In this document: positions 1 through 10,474 of the stretch, piece after piece | How the letters are laid out: each line of letters begins with the position of its first letter | How positions within the stretch are numbered: position 1 is the first letter of the stretch | Source: Octopus sinensis | Taxonomy: Eukaryota | Length of the DNA: 64,000 nucleotides | NCBI RefSeq assembly: GCF_006345805.1 | Contig: NC_043008.1 | Span: 49,600,001-49,664,000, forward strand | Direction of reading: 5' to 3' | The notes under the pieces: generated by a model | Seen by the model: the letters and a program-made list of their open reading frames with translations, nothing else | The model's database searches: none | Told to the model about the DNA's origin: nothing | Program-made: the position numbers and the translations under genes

Positions 1-66
1 TTTTGCATCAGTTACATTAATTATAGTTTCTACAGCCAAAGAGGACGAAGATCTTGGTTTTCTTAC

Positions 67-149
67 TTTACTTTTCTTTCTTCTCTTTCCATTTCTTGCA
101 TCAACCTTCTTCGCGATTTTTTCTTCTCGTTCCTTTTTTTACTTCTCAT
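67..149 (-). CDS. Candidate first coding exon of an unidentified minus-strand gene running off the window start (MRSKKRNEKKKSRRRLMQEMEREERKV...)
   Basis: Minus strand: acceptor TTTCAG|G (exon start 195), AAAATG at 149, the only open frame, donor AA|GTAAGA at 66-61. No homology recognised; purine-rich sequence can give such a frame by chance. Confidence 0.25.
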
Positions 150-407
150 TTTATCACAGTCCAGTTTTTAAATGCATCCAACGTATGAACAAAGCCTGAA
201 AGATTGCTTGGAGATGCATGACGTGTTTTATGAATTTACCAATTTAAAGTATCGTTAAGCATGAAACTATTCGTAACTTTTCCGTAACTTTGTATTAAAT
301 TGATATTTATCTCTCACTGAATGGAGTACATATTTTTGTTGATTCTTCCTATATTAAATCTACAAACAATATATGTATGTGTATATGTGTGTGTGTGTGC
401 GTGCGTG

Positions 408-444
<37 letters not shown>

Positions 445-465
445 ATGTGTATATATATATGTATG

Positions 466-498
<33 letters not shown>

Positions 499-500
<2 letters not shown>

Positions 501-698
501 CGGGAAGGTTTACGAAAATAAACAAAAGACGAAGGCAGGTGGAGTACAAACAAACAAATGTATTAGTATGGCGCTCAGGAATAGAAATAGAACAAGTCTT
601 TTACGTTTCGAGCCTATGCTCTTCGACAGAAAGATACACAGAAAAAAAAACAAGGAGACAAACAAGGAGAGAAAAAAATGCGTGTAGGAGCTAACGAT
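499..698 (-). mobile_element. Penelope-like element terminal (pseudo-LTR) fragment next to a (TA)n/(TG)n array
   Basis: Contains the CTGNNGAAG-stem-CGAAACGT signature typical of Penelope-like termini; 499-570 is nearly repeated at 2633-2702. Confidence 0.5.
597..634 (-). ncRNA. Minimal type I hammerhead-ribozyme-like motif (A6U core variant)
   Basis: Minus strand UCUUU-CUGUCGA-A-GAGC(AUAG)GCUC-GAAA-C-GUA-AAAGA: stem I UCUUU/AAAGA, stem II GAGC/GCUC, palindromic ACGU stem III, GUA cleavage triplet. Confidence 0.5.
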
Positions 699-1299
699 CT
701 AACAATGCGTTCTGACTTCGGGCTTATATATATGTATGTATGTATGTATGTAGCAGTAGCTAGATAGTTGAAAGATCTCCCTTGCGAGAAAGATTATAGA
801 GTAACCGCCCTTTCTAAGTTTCTCGAAGCATCTGTGTCATGTGACGTGATTCTGAATTATGCAAGAAGCTTAGCGTTTCTCTTGGAAGTTTCTAGAATGT
901 CTAGCGTTCCATGAATAAAGACAGCTTGCTAACCCAGCTCTTTGCTTCTTAGTCGATTAGACTTAGAGCCATTCACGTCGTTGCTATGTCCGTCTATTTC
1001 TCGACGCCAAATGACTGAAAACCACCACTTAGCTGTTATTTCTAGATTTTCTGTCTTTGAACTTTCTTGCATAGATTACTTCATTCAAATAGATTCTATA
1101 TTTTGATCATGTTTCATCGTCGACAAATAAATTAAATATATTTTAATGCAGTAAATGTATAGTTCTTACATTTCTTCTTCTTCTCTGTAAGAATTCTTGT
1201 AATAATATACACGCAGCCATATCAATACTTGATACTGAACATATATGCCCACTACACACACACACACGCGCGCACGCACACACACACACATATATGTAT

Positions 1300-1392
<93 letters not shown>

Positions 1393-1701
1393 ACACCAGT
1401 GTGCTTTGCACTCAGAATATACGTTACCTGATCAAACACCACCCGGTATGTTTTCCGGTGCTCTAACCATTCTACATTTCGATGCACCTTTACGTTATCA
1501 AATTTGGCACACGACCAGCAGGCTTGAGGGGAGATTTTGGTGAATAACATTGACCTCCAAGACTTAACCAGTTCTTTATTCTATTGATTCCGAAAAGATG
1601 AAAGGCAAAATTGTTATGGAAAGGGACTTGAACACTTGTCATGGGCTTAAATATTTTTGTGAAGACCATCATAAAGTGGTTGGTCGTTAGAAAGAATGAC
1701 T

Positions 1702-1884
1702 CAGTGGTTCCCAAACATTTTCGGGCAACTGTATTTCACAAATAAAACTTAACTTAATGAAGCCATGATTTTGTTGCTTTTTACACGGATCACCACCCCA
1801 TTACCGCTTCACTTTTTTTCAACGCCCCCTAGGGACTTTCCATCGCCCCCAGGGGTGCAATACCACCCACTTTGGGAACCACTG
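1702..1884. mobile_element. hAT-type MITE
   Basis: Perfect 14-bp TIRs CAGTGGTTCCCAAA / TTTGGGAACCACTG; 8-bp flanks do not match, so no TSD confirmed. Confidence 0.65.
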
Positions 1885-1941
1885 CTTTAACCGAACGAAA
1901 GACTGGGTGGCTGCATGTATTTAGAAATAAAGCAAACTCAC

Positions 1942-2031
1942 GCATATAAATACAGAAATTATCACAGATTCACTGGTTATCAGAATAATAAGCAAGAATA
2001 GAGTTATTGCGTCGGCTTAGGCATTATCTAC
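1942..2031 (-). other. Candidate non-coding (5' UTR) exon, minus strand
   Basis: Strong acceptor TTTTTTCCCTTCCAG|G and donor GTGAGT at 1941-1936; stops in all three frames. Confidence 0.25.
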
Positions 2032-2224
2032 CTGGAAGGGAAAAAATGTCGGTACAAATACTGCCGCATATTGTTGAAACTTGGAGAAGAGAATTGTTGA
2101 AGGCAACCTGCGATCTTTGTGCTTAAAGGCTAATTGTGGTCTGTTTCCAAGTGGTCTGCTGTGAATAAGGCGCCAAACTGTTTAACTAGTGTAAAAAGGC
2201 ACGTAATATAATATTCGAGAAACC

Positions 2225-2290
2225 CATATGATGTCACAGCCCCACGCTGATTGGTCGGTTTATAGATCAATCACGTGAAACAATAGTGGC
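2225..2290. promoter_or_regulatory. Promoter-like motif cluster
   Basis: TGATGTCA (CRE-like), CTGATTGGTC (reverse CCAAT) and CAATCACGTG (E-box) within about 55 bp of non-repetitive, CpG-containing sequence. Confidence 0.3.
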
Positions 2291-2807
2291 GTTCTCATGA
2301 TCGCAAACTGTTGATTTTGCAGTTGGGGCTCGACTACCTACAAACACAAAACAATGTCGAAAGCCGTAACAAAGACCGCAAAGTATTTTGTTTGACATCC
2401 TGTAGTAATTGCTTGTATTGGCTACAAGACCTAAGGCGTGAACGAAAAAGCGATGGCGGTAGGTGAAAGATAAAACAATGATAGGGCTACTGAACGCTCG
2501 TGTTTTACAGGATATCTCCTTGATTCAGGAGTCAAATTTGCGTATGGGAAGAGTTTTTCGAAATTCTCCGAGTCCGAAATTTCGGTTTCCATTGCTTACA
2601 TACATACAAACATGCCCATATATATGTATGTATAAAGGGAAAGTTTACGAAAATAAACAAAAGACGAAGGCAGGTGGTGTACAAACAAACAGATGTATTA
2701 GTATATAATGTATATATATACTGTACATATAAACATATATTGTACATATATACATATGTATATATATACACTGTATATATGCGTATGTGTGTGTGTGTGT
2801 GTGTGAA

Positions 2808-3145
2808 GGCGCACGGCTCAGTGGTTAGAGCGTTGGGCTCACATTCATAAGGTAGTGAGTTCGATCCCTGGATCTCTGTGTTGTGTTCTTGAGCAAGATA
2901 CTTTATTTCACGTCGCTCCAGTTCACTCAGCTGTAGAATTGAATTGCGACGTCCACTGGTGCCAAGCTTTATCGGTCCCTTTGCCTTTCCTTTGGATAAC
3001 ATCGTTAGCATGGAGAGTGGAGGCTGGTATGCATGGGCGACTGCTGGTTGTCCATAAAATAACCTTGCCCAGACTTGTGCCTTGGAAGGTAACTTTCTAG
3101 GTGCAATCCCATGGTCATTGATGTCCGAAGGGGGTCTTTACCCTT
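2808..3145 (+). mobile_element. tRNA-derived SINE (family also at 17562-17888)
   Basis: A box GGCTCAGTGGTTAGAG, B box GAGTTCGATCCC, body TTCTTGAGCAAGATACTTTATTTCACG; near-identical copy at 17562-17888. Confidence 0.8.
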
Positions 3146-3404
3146 AATATATATATATATATATATTGAGAGAGAGAGAGAGAGAGAAAGAGGGAGAGAG
3201 AGAATAGGAGTTTTCGTCGTCAACTGACGTTATATTGCCGGTATATACTATGAATGCTCAGTTTGTTTTACTCCTAAAACTCCAGCTTGGACTGCAATTG
3301 AAAAATGTTGTGTTAAGACTGCCAATCGAAGGTGGCTAGAAGTGGTTTCTCTTTGAGCGGGTGGATATTGATTGAAAGAGAAAATGAAAAAGCAAAAAAT
3401 TCCA

Positions 3405-3914
3405 CATCACTCGAAAACATTTAATTTTGTTAGAGAATATAAACAAAGTCCTTACAGCTGTTTCTAGAATAGCCAAGCATGTGGATCATAATATTGAATA
3501 GATATTCCATAAGTTAGGTAAACCGTCATTGGTGAGGAAGAAGTCAGGAAATTATAAAAACGAAGGATTACCTCCAATCGGGGATATACAGATTCATGAT
3601 TGGATACGAAATAAAGCTGGAGATAAGGTCCATTAGCAGTTTCCAATGAGAATGTTTGATGGATCTGCGTAACGCATATCTATTTCACTCTGATTCTTCC
3701 TTCACTTTTGACAGTGGGAAAAACTGATAGCCCTGATTGGGGATACTTTTTCATTTCTATATTTTTCTGACTTTTTCGCCTTCGACGACGGAATATCTAG
3801 CTTATGGAATCTTTACTCAATATTAAGGTCCACATGCTTAGCTATTCCAGAAACAGCTGTAAGAGGCTCTATCTGTTTGTATTTTCTGTCTAAATTAAAT
3901 GTTTTCGAGTGATG
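3405..3914. repeat. Fold-back element, ~180-bp imperfect arms, ~150-bp spacer
   Basis: CATCACTCGAAAACATTTAATT...CTTACAGCTGTTTCTAGAATAGCCAAGCATGTGGA pairs with TCCACATGCTTAGCTATTCCAGAAACAGCTGTAAG...AATTAAATGTTTTCGAGTGATG. Confidence 0.75.
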
Positions 3915-3951
3915 CCAGATGTTTCGCCATTTCACTTTTTAATTTTCATCA

Positions 3952-4072
<121 letters not shown>

Positions 4073-4116
4073 CAGGTATATATATGTACACACACGCGCA
4101 TACACACGCACGCACG

Positions 4117-4190
<74 letters not shown>

Positions 4191-5125
4191 ACACACACAA
4201 AGCCAAAGACCTAGAGTGTGCATGTTGGGTGAACGCCCGGAGGATTGTAGCTCCTGCCTGTGGAGATGTCTTGGATTCCAACCGTTTTAGATATGGCAAA
4301 CCCAAACAAGGACAAATAATTAAACGTTGTCGATTTTCACAATAATTCTTTCGGCTGATAGAGATTATAGATTCTGAGAGAACGCGTTCTTGTATCCAAT
4401 TTCGAAGCTTTACCATTTGCTCGAAATCTAGATAAAGGAATCTAGACTGATAAATAGATAAACAGCGAAGCACAGGAACCAGCGAGTTGCAGACGTTCGA
4501 AGGTGGAAAAAGACAATAAAGAAACGGAAGTTTTAAGTCAGCACGTACGATGTTTATGTTTAGGGTAAGGTTAAACGAACAATTATTTTTAGAAACTGTG
4601 GCATTCGCAGAAAATAGCACGTTTCTCTTTTTTTTCACCTGAACTGTAGATGATACACACACGCACGCACTCACGTACGAACGCACGCACGCACGTACGA
4701 ACGCACGCACGCACATACATATGTGTATGTGTATGTGTGCATGTGTGTGTGTGTATCTACAGTGGGCATTAAGTGTGTACGTGTGTGTTTCTTTTTGACA
4801 TTGATATGGTGAGATCTTGTGACTAAACAGTGTATTGTAAAGTGTTTTTCTGAGATAAGATACAAGGAAATATCGCTTATATCGATAGAGAAAGGTGATT
4901 TTGGTGCCAAAGGCGACTATGGAATACTTTTATCCCCAAACATTTACTTTGCTGTTATAATCCCTGCAGAACAACACAACAAATCTCCTATTTGTACATT
5001 GATAGAAATGGGGTGTGTGTATGAAGTGGGGGTAGGTAGGGTGATGGTATTTTACTTTTCAACTCCCGAAGCTGGGTAATAGCTTATAATGTCTTGTCTC
5101 ACCTCCCCAACACCAGCCTTCAAGG

Positions 5126-5313
5126 CAGGAGTCTGCAAAGTGGTCGACATCGACCCCTGGGGGTGTTTGGGACCATTCAGGGGGTCGATAAATGCACATT
5201 ACTTAATCTTTATTATTTATTTATTTTCTTGTACAGCCTGGGGAAGGGGGTCGATGGGGGTGGTCAAGGATTCCATGAAGGGCTTGATGGTCTAAAAAAT
5301 TTGGGGTCCCCTG
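5126..5313. mobile_element. hAT-type MITE
   Basis: Degenerate TIRs CAGGAGTCTGCAAA / TTTGGGGTCCCCTG; similar 8-bp flanks CTTCAAGG / TTCTAAGG. Confidence 0.5.
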
Positions 5314-5540
5314 TTCTAAGGCCTTAGCGTAACACCAACCGTAGTCCCTAATATCCATTTCCATCACTTAATTCTGGCCTGAAGCCAACAATTTATCAAG
5401 AGAAAGGAACAGACGATTACATTGATTTCAGAATGTGGCTGGTATTTTATTTCATCGACTCTGAAAGGGTAACAGGTAAAGCTGACCTTGACGAAATTCG
5501 AACTCGTGACACGTTATTCTAATAGGAATATTTTCATTTC

Positions 5541-5839
5541 GAAGTAAAGATTGTTGCCACTTCAACATGGCTGTTCCGTACGAACCGACGTTACTGCCAT
5601 TTTTGAACCCCCAAGAGGACGTCTCCTCTTGTTGGTTATCGATGCAATCTGCACCAATATATATTGCAAGTAGGGGAGCGAACCCATACCATTTTCTAGT
5701 TCCCCTGCTTGCAATATATATCGGGTACAGATTGCAACGATAACCTGCTAGAGGAAGCGTCCTCTTGGGGTTAAAAGATGGCAGTGACGTCGGTTTGTAC
5801 GGAGCAGCTATGTTGAAGTGGCGACAAACATTATTTCTC
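5541..5839. mobile_element. Fold-back MITE, ~140-bp arms, ~20-bp spacer; single arm of the same family at ~60984-61120
   Basis: GCCACTTCAACATGGCTGTTCCGTACGAACCGACG...TATATTGCAAGTAGGGGA pairs with TCCCCTGCTTGCAATATA...CGTCGGTTTGTACGGAGCAGCTATGTTGAAGTGGC; ORF-track peptides FNPKRTLPLAGYRCNL and FNPKGMLPLAGYRCNL confirm the second copy. Confidence 0.8.
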
Positions 5840-6005
5840 AGTATAGTTACTACTTTCATCTCTTATAAGAGATTTTCTAATTAGCTTCTTTGCTTAATTT
5901 CATTTAATCATATGCAGGACGCGAATTAGCCATTTTTGTTTTTGTATGGCCTCGTTTTCATTTTTTTTACATTTGTCTTGGCCCGCTATATATAATATAT
6001 CATAT

Positions 6006-7244
6006 TGTTACGGTTGGCTAAGTGCATTTCGGGTTTAATTAGTGTAGTGTTTCTGGTGACCCACATAGGAATAATGGTTCCAGTATGTCTGGTGAAAAGT
6101 GACGGGTCCTTTGTCTAGTGGGAGATTAATGAGACCTTTCTGACCTTGTGCGGTCGATTTGAGGTCATTCTGAGTACCCCTTGAAGAAGTGAAAGAGGAA
6201 GACAGATTAAGGGAATCTAAGAACAGATGGAGAGGGTATTGACAGTAAGAGAAAAGGGACAGATAGAGAGGCTAAGGGATCAGAGAGCAGATAGAGAGGC
6301 TAAGAGACAGTAGGCGATATAGATAGAGTAAGGAATCAGATAGCAAATAGAAAGGCTATAAGTGATAGACAGAGGGAGATGAAGGGAGTGGAAGAAAGAC
6401 AGAGACGAAGTGAGGTCTGGAGTTCGCAGTTGGTCGTCAGGAAGGACGGATCTGGGTAGTTGGTAGCTGGTCGTCAAGAAGGGCAGTCGTTGAGCGGTCG
6501 TCGAAGAACACGGACGGATCTTGCGGTCGCTGGCCGGTCCTCGAAGAAGACAGTCGGATCCTGGAAGTCAGAGCGAGTAGATGGAATCTTAGAAGCGTTG
6601 GAATTTTAGGAGCAAGCTGGGATGCGAGAAAGCTTGGCGGCACAGAAGGGAATTAGCAGTATTCAGAGGATTTAGCAGTATTGAGAGGAATGGGACACTG
6701 GCAGATTCAATTAGGAATTGAGGTATGTGTTTGTGCATTGATATGTGTCACGGTGTATACGGACCGACAGAAAAGAACAGTCAAGGACTCTGTCGATGTG
6801 GTCGATAAAGGACATTGTGAAGAAGAAGAGTAAAGGACTTGTTGATTGTGATGTTTAGGAAGAGACTTTAAAGAACTCTTGTCTTGGGACGTGTACTCTT
6901 GAATTGTTACATGATGTTGTATTATGCTTTGAGTTGTACTCTTGAAATGCTGTTGTATTATGTATTGAGTAGTCACGTGCATGCTTTGATGTATCTTGAT
7001 GTTGTAACAATTGTAATTGTCGTATAAACTGTTGTTTGAATATAAGCCAGTGTTGCCAGTTGTTGCCTTGCCTCTCTTTGGGTTGTATCTCGGGTTGTGC
7101 CTCTGTATCTCTGTGCTGCTGTGCTGTTGTGGTTGTATCTGTATCTCCTCTCCTCTCTCCGCCTCTTTGGGTTCCGTGGCGGAACTTGTGTGAGCCGTTC
7201 GGGACGAGCGACGACGGCGGGCGATTCCCGTCCGTTTCGTAACA
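6006..7244 (+). repeat. 5' LTR (1239 bp)
   Basis: Matches 9237-10474; only a T/G substitution (6160) and one extra G (~6620) found by eye; ORF-track peptides recur at offsets 3231 and 3230. Confidence 0.95.
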
Positions 7245-7246
7245 AC

Positions 7247-7264
7247 TGGTGTCAGAAGTGGGAT
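7247..7264 (+). promoter_or_regulatory. Primer-binding site complementary to the 3' end of a tRNA-Leu
   Basis: TGGTGTCAGAAGTGGGAT 2 nt after the 5' LTR; reverse complement ATCCCACTTCTGACACCA matches the tRNA-Leu 3' end as I remember it. Confidence 0.85.
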
Positions 7265-7302
7265 TGTCCTGATTGCTGCGTTTCGATCGGTTCTTTTTCG
7301 CT

Positions 7303-7839
7303 ATGGATTTGTCTGGTTGTCAGACCGGAGACGAGGAGATTTCGCTTGCTCTGATTGTGGAGATGTTAAGGGGCCAGATGGCGCAGACGGACGCGTTCGT
7401 GGAGAGAATGGACAGGAGGCGACAGGGCCTGTGGGAAGATCAGCGGGAGCTTGAGGTTGCGGATGGGTCAGCTTTGAAGGATCGGTGTTGGACCGAGGAT
7501 AGCGACGGTCCTGTGGGCAGAGATTGCCCGTCGAACGAAGCATCGAGGGAAACAGATAGTGAAGGAAGTGTTGCCGAAATCTGTGATGCTGGACCGGCTG
7601 TGTTTGCGGAACCTGGGCTGGTTGCCGAAATTTGTGACGCTGTACCCAAGAAATCTTGTGATTTGGAACCCGTAGAGGTTGAAGTAACCAAAAGGCCTGT
7701 GGAAGGTGTTATGGCTGATGCTGTTGTTCCGTGTCTGGAGCCCTTGGCGTCTCGACCCTGTCTCTCGGAGCTCAGGACGAAGAGCTGGCGAGGTCTGGGG
7801 CGAATGTCGCTGAGTCCGAGGTTCCGGCTCTGTGTGTGA
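7303..7839 (+). CDS. ORF1 of the LTR element (178 aa, acidic, gag-position, no zinc knuckle seen)
   Basis: First ATG after the PBS at 7303; MDLSGCQTGDEEISLALIVEMLRGQM...; ends at TGA 7837-7839. Confidence 0.5.
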   Translation: MDLSGCQTGDEEISLALIVEMLRGQMAQTDAFVERMDRRRQGLWEDQRELEVADGSALKDRCWTEDSDGPVGRDCPSNEASRETDSEGSVAEICDAGPAVFAEPGLVAEICDAVPKKSCDLEPVEVEVTKRPVEGVMADAVVPCLEPLASRPCLSELRTKSWRGLGRMSLSPRFRLCV

Positions 7840-9225
7840 TGGTCGCGGCAGGTGTGTGCCGTGTGCGAGTCCTTTGGTGTCTGGACTCCTGTCTCTTGGG
7901 GCCCAGAGGGACTGTATGGTTCCCACTGTGGAGAGGCCACAGGCGTGGATGGACTGGCGCCGGGCGTGTGTGTTGTGAGGCCTGCGGGACGGAAGCTGGT
8001 GAGGAAAAGGACCAGGCCCGTTGACGAGGCGAGACGGCTGCGAACGGTGGTGGGTCCACCGAGACCAGGAAGACTGCTTCAGCGTTGGGTGAGCTTTGTG
8101 GTTGATGGTTGCTTGGGGCCGGTGGAGCCCGACAGGCAGTGCCTAGTGAAAGCTCGATTGAGGGTCGGGTGGACCCTAGTGGAAGCAGAAGCTGGTGGAG
8201 CGCTGGCTGGGTCGGCCGATCTTTTGGAAGTGGCACAGGCGATTTGTAGAAGGCAAATCGAGGAATCGTGCCAGATGGCGAACCAGTGGTGGGGCCAGTT
8301 CTGCCGATACGGCAACGCAGTTGAAGGAGTTGGTGGCCCACGGATGCAGTTGAGGAGGCGGTCCGCAAGGAGTCGCTGGTGCTTTGTTGGCACTTGGGGG
8401 AGCGCTGTGTTCGATGGTTGCGTGGGGCCGGTGGAGCCCGACATGCAGTGCGGAATAGGAACTCAATTGAGGGTCGGCTGGACCCTGGTGGAGGCAGAGG
8501 CTGACAGAGCGCTGGGTGGGTCGGCCGATTTATTGAAGGCTGCGCAGGCGATTTGCAGAGGGCAAATCGTGGAACTGCGCCGGACGGTAAACCAGCGGCG
8601 GGGTCAGTTCTGCCGGTGCAGTGATGAAGTTAAGGGAGATCGTGGTCCGCTGATGCAGTTGCGGAAGAAGCAACCGTTGGTGAAGAGCGCAGGACGTTGG
8701 TCGCGAGGGTTGTTGGATGCTGGTCGCACTGACCTGGCAGAACGTTTCGTCGACCAGGGCGGTTGTCGCTTGAGGAAGCAGCGAGGCCGGAGGAAGGTTT
8801 CAGTACAGCAGCGCAAGAGGAGATATCGGCGACGGGGAACAGTGGAAAAGCGGAATGGTCCCTGGTCGTCGGCGATAATTGCGCGGAATGGAGATAGTAC
8901 AGCAAGGTGCTACGTGGGCTATAGAGCCCTGAGGAAGGTGGCTACTGTGAAGGATTGGCCGGACCCTTCCTGTGTGAGGGATTTGAGGAACTTCCTCGGA
9001 CGGTGCGCCTATTGTAGGCGGCTAGTAGGAAGCCTGGCGGCGTTGGCGGTGGTATTGCCCAAGCCGCAGAGGGAAGGTGCCAACCTGTGGCTGGTGCTGA
9101 AGTGGTGGCCGTGGGAGGTGAGACCCCCGGAGGAGAAACCACCCAAGGGGACCCCCAGCCCCTGGAGAGTCTGCTGCTCGGAGGTGCGAGTTTTGTTATG
9201 CTTTGTCGGGTCGACAAAAGCTTAG
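7840..9225 (+). CDS. Pol-derived ORF2 with RT core, RNase H and integrase missing; same frame as ORF1
   Basis: Gypsy-like remnants GRTDLAERFVDQG, GTVEKRNGPWSSAII, YVGYRAL joined directly to KVATVKDWPDPSCVRDLRNFLGRCAYCRRL; no YxDD; 309-nt internal tandem duplication. Confidence 0.65.
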   Translation, partial: WSRQVCAVCESFGVWTPVSWGPEGLYGSHCGEATGVDGLAPGVCVVRPAGRKLVRKRTRPVDEARRLRTVVGPPRPGRLLQRWVSFVVDGCLGPVEPDRQCLVKARLRVGWTLVEAEAGGALAGSADLLEVAQAICRRQIEESCQMANQWWGQFCRYGNAVEGVGGPRMQLRRRSARSRWCFVGTWGSAVFDGCVGPVEPDMQCGIGTQLRVGWTLVEAEADRALGGSADLLKAAQAICRGQIVELRRTVNQRRGQFCRCSDEVKGDRGPLMQLRKKQPLVKSAGRWSRGLLDAGRTDLAERFVDQGGCRLRKQRGRRKVSVQQRKRRYRRRGTVEKRNGPWSSAIIARNGDSTARCYVGYRALRKVATVKDWPDPSCVRDLRNFLGRCAYCRRLVGSLAALAVVLPKPQREGANLWLVLKWWPWEVRPPEEKPPKGTPSPWRVCCSEVRVLLCFVGSTKA

Positions 9226-9236
9226 GCAGGGGGTAG
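9224..9236 (+). promoter_or_regulatory. Polypurine tract
   Basis: AGGCAGGGGGTAG directly before the 3' LTR. Confidence 0.85.
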
Positions 9237-10474
9237 TGTTACGGTTGGCTAAGTGCATTTCGGGTTTAATTAGTGTAGTGTTTCTGGTGACCCACATAGG
9301 AATAATGGTTCCAGTATGTCTGGTGAAAAGTGACGGGTCCTTTGTCTAGTGGGAGATTAATGAGACCTTTCTGACCTTGTGCGGTCGATTGGAGGTCATT
9401 CTGAGTACCCCTTGAAGAAGTGAAAGAGGAAGACAGATTAAGGGAATCTAAGAACAGATGGAGAGGGTATTGACAGTAAGAGAAAAGGGACAGATAGAGA
9501 GGCTAAGGGATCAGAGAGCAGATAGAGAGGCTAAGAGACAGTAGGCGATATAGATAGAGTAAGGAATCAGATAGCAAATAGAAAGGCTATAAGTGATAGA
9601 CAGAGGGAGATGAAGGGAGTGGAAGAAAGACAGAGACGAAGTGAGGTCTGGAGTTCGCAGTTGGTCGTCAGGAAGGACGGATCTGGGTAGTTGGTAGCTG
9701 GTCGTCAAGAAGGGCAGTCGTTGAGCGGTCGTCGAAGAACACGGACGGATCTTGCGGTCGCTGGCCGGTCCTCGAAGAAGACAGTCGGATCCTGGAAGTC
9801 AGAGCGAGTAGATGGAATCTTAGAAGCGTTGGAATTTTAGGAGCAAGCTGGATGCGAGAAAGCTTGGCGGCACAGAAGGGAATTAGCAGTATTCAGAGGA
9901 TTTAGCAGTATTGAGAGGAATGGGACACTGGCAGATTCAATTAGGAATTGAGGTATGTGTTTGTGCATTGATATGTGTCACGGTGTATACGGACCGACAG
10001 AAAAGAACAGTCAAGGACTCTGTCGATGTGGTCGATAAAGGACATTGTGAAGAAGAAGAGTAAAGGACTTGTTGATTGTGATGTTTAGGAAGAGACTTTA
10101 AAGAACTCTTGTCTTGGGACGTGTACTCTTGAATTGTTACATGATGTTGTATTATGCTTTGAGTTGTACTCTTGAAATGCTGTTGTATTATGTATTGAGT
10201 AGTCACGTGCATGCTTTGATGTATCTTGATGTTGTAACAATTGTAATTGTCGTATAAACTGTTGTTTGAATATAAGCCAGTGTTGCCAGTTGTTGCCTTG
10301 CCTCTCTTTGGGTTGTATCTCGGGTTGTGCCTCTGTATCTCTGTGCTGCTGTGCTGTTGTGGTTGTATCTGTATCTCCTCTCCTCTCTCCGCCTCTTTGG
10401 GTTCCGTGGCGGAACTTGTGTGAGCCGTTCGGGACGAGCGACGACGGCGGGCGATTCCCGTCCGTTTCGTAACA
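9237..10474 (+). repeat. 3' LTR (1238 bp)
   Basis: See 5' LTR. Confidence 0.95.

Larger units (their letters stand above)
6006..10474 (+). mobile_element. Young non-autonomous Ty3/Gypsy LTR retrotransposon, 4469 bp
   Basis: Two near-identical LTRs with TGTTACG...CGTAACA ends, 4-bp TSD ATAT (6002-6005, 10475-10478), PBS, PPT and pol-derived remnants in a 1992-bp interior. Confidence 0.95.

Noticed and set aside
314-694. ORF-track peptides rich in YI/HT/CV/ER/LS repeats here and at 1143-1550, 3899-4716, 12138-12746, 41440-42445, 48492-49255
   Set aside because: Translations of microsatellites, which lack stops; no coding signal.
749-988. Possible solo LTR (TGTAGCA start, AATAAA at 914)
   Set aside because: No matching ...TACA end and no TSD; single copy in the window.
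2808-2875. tRNA-like sequences here and at ~11395, ~16696, ~17562, ~22775
   Set aside because: A/B boxes run into SINE bodies and no complete cloverleaf can be drawn; SINE heads, not tRNA genes.
7440-8816. Overlapping minus-strand ORFs of 70-198 aa inside the LTR element
   Set aside because: Antisense shadows of a GC-rich open frame; no recognisable motifs.
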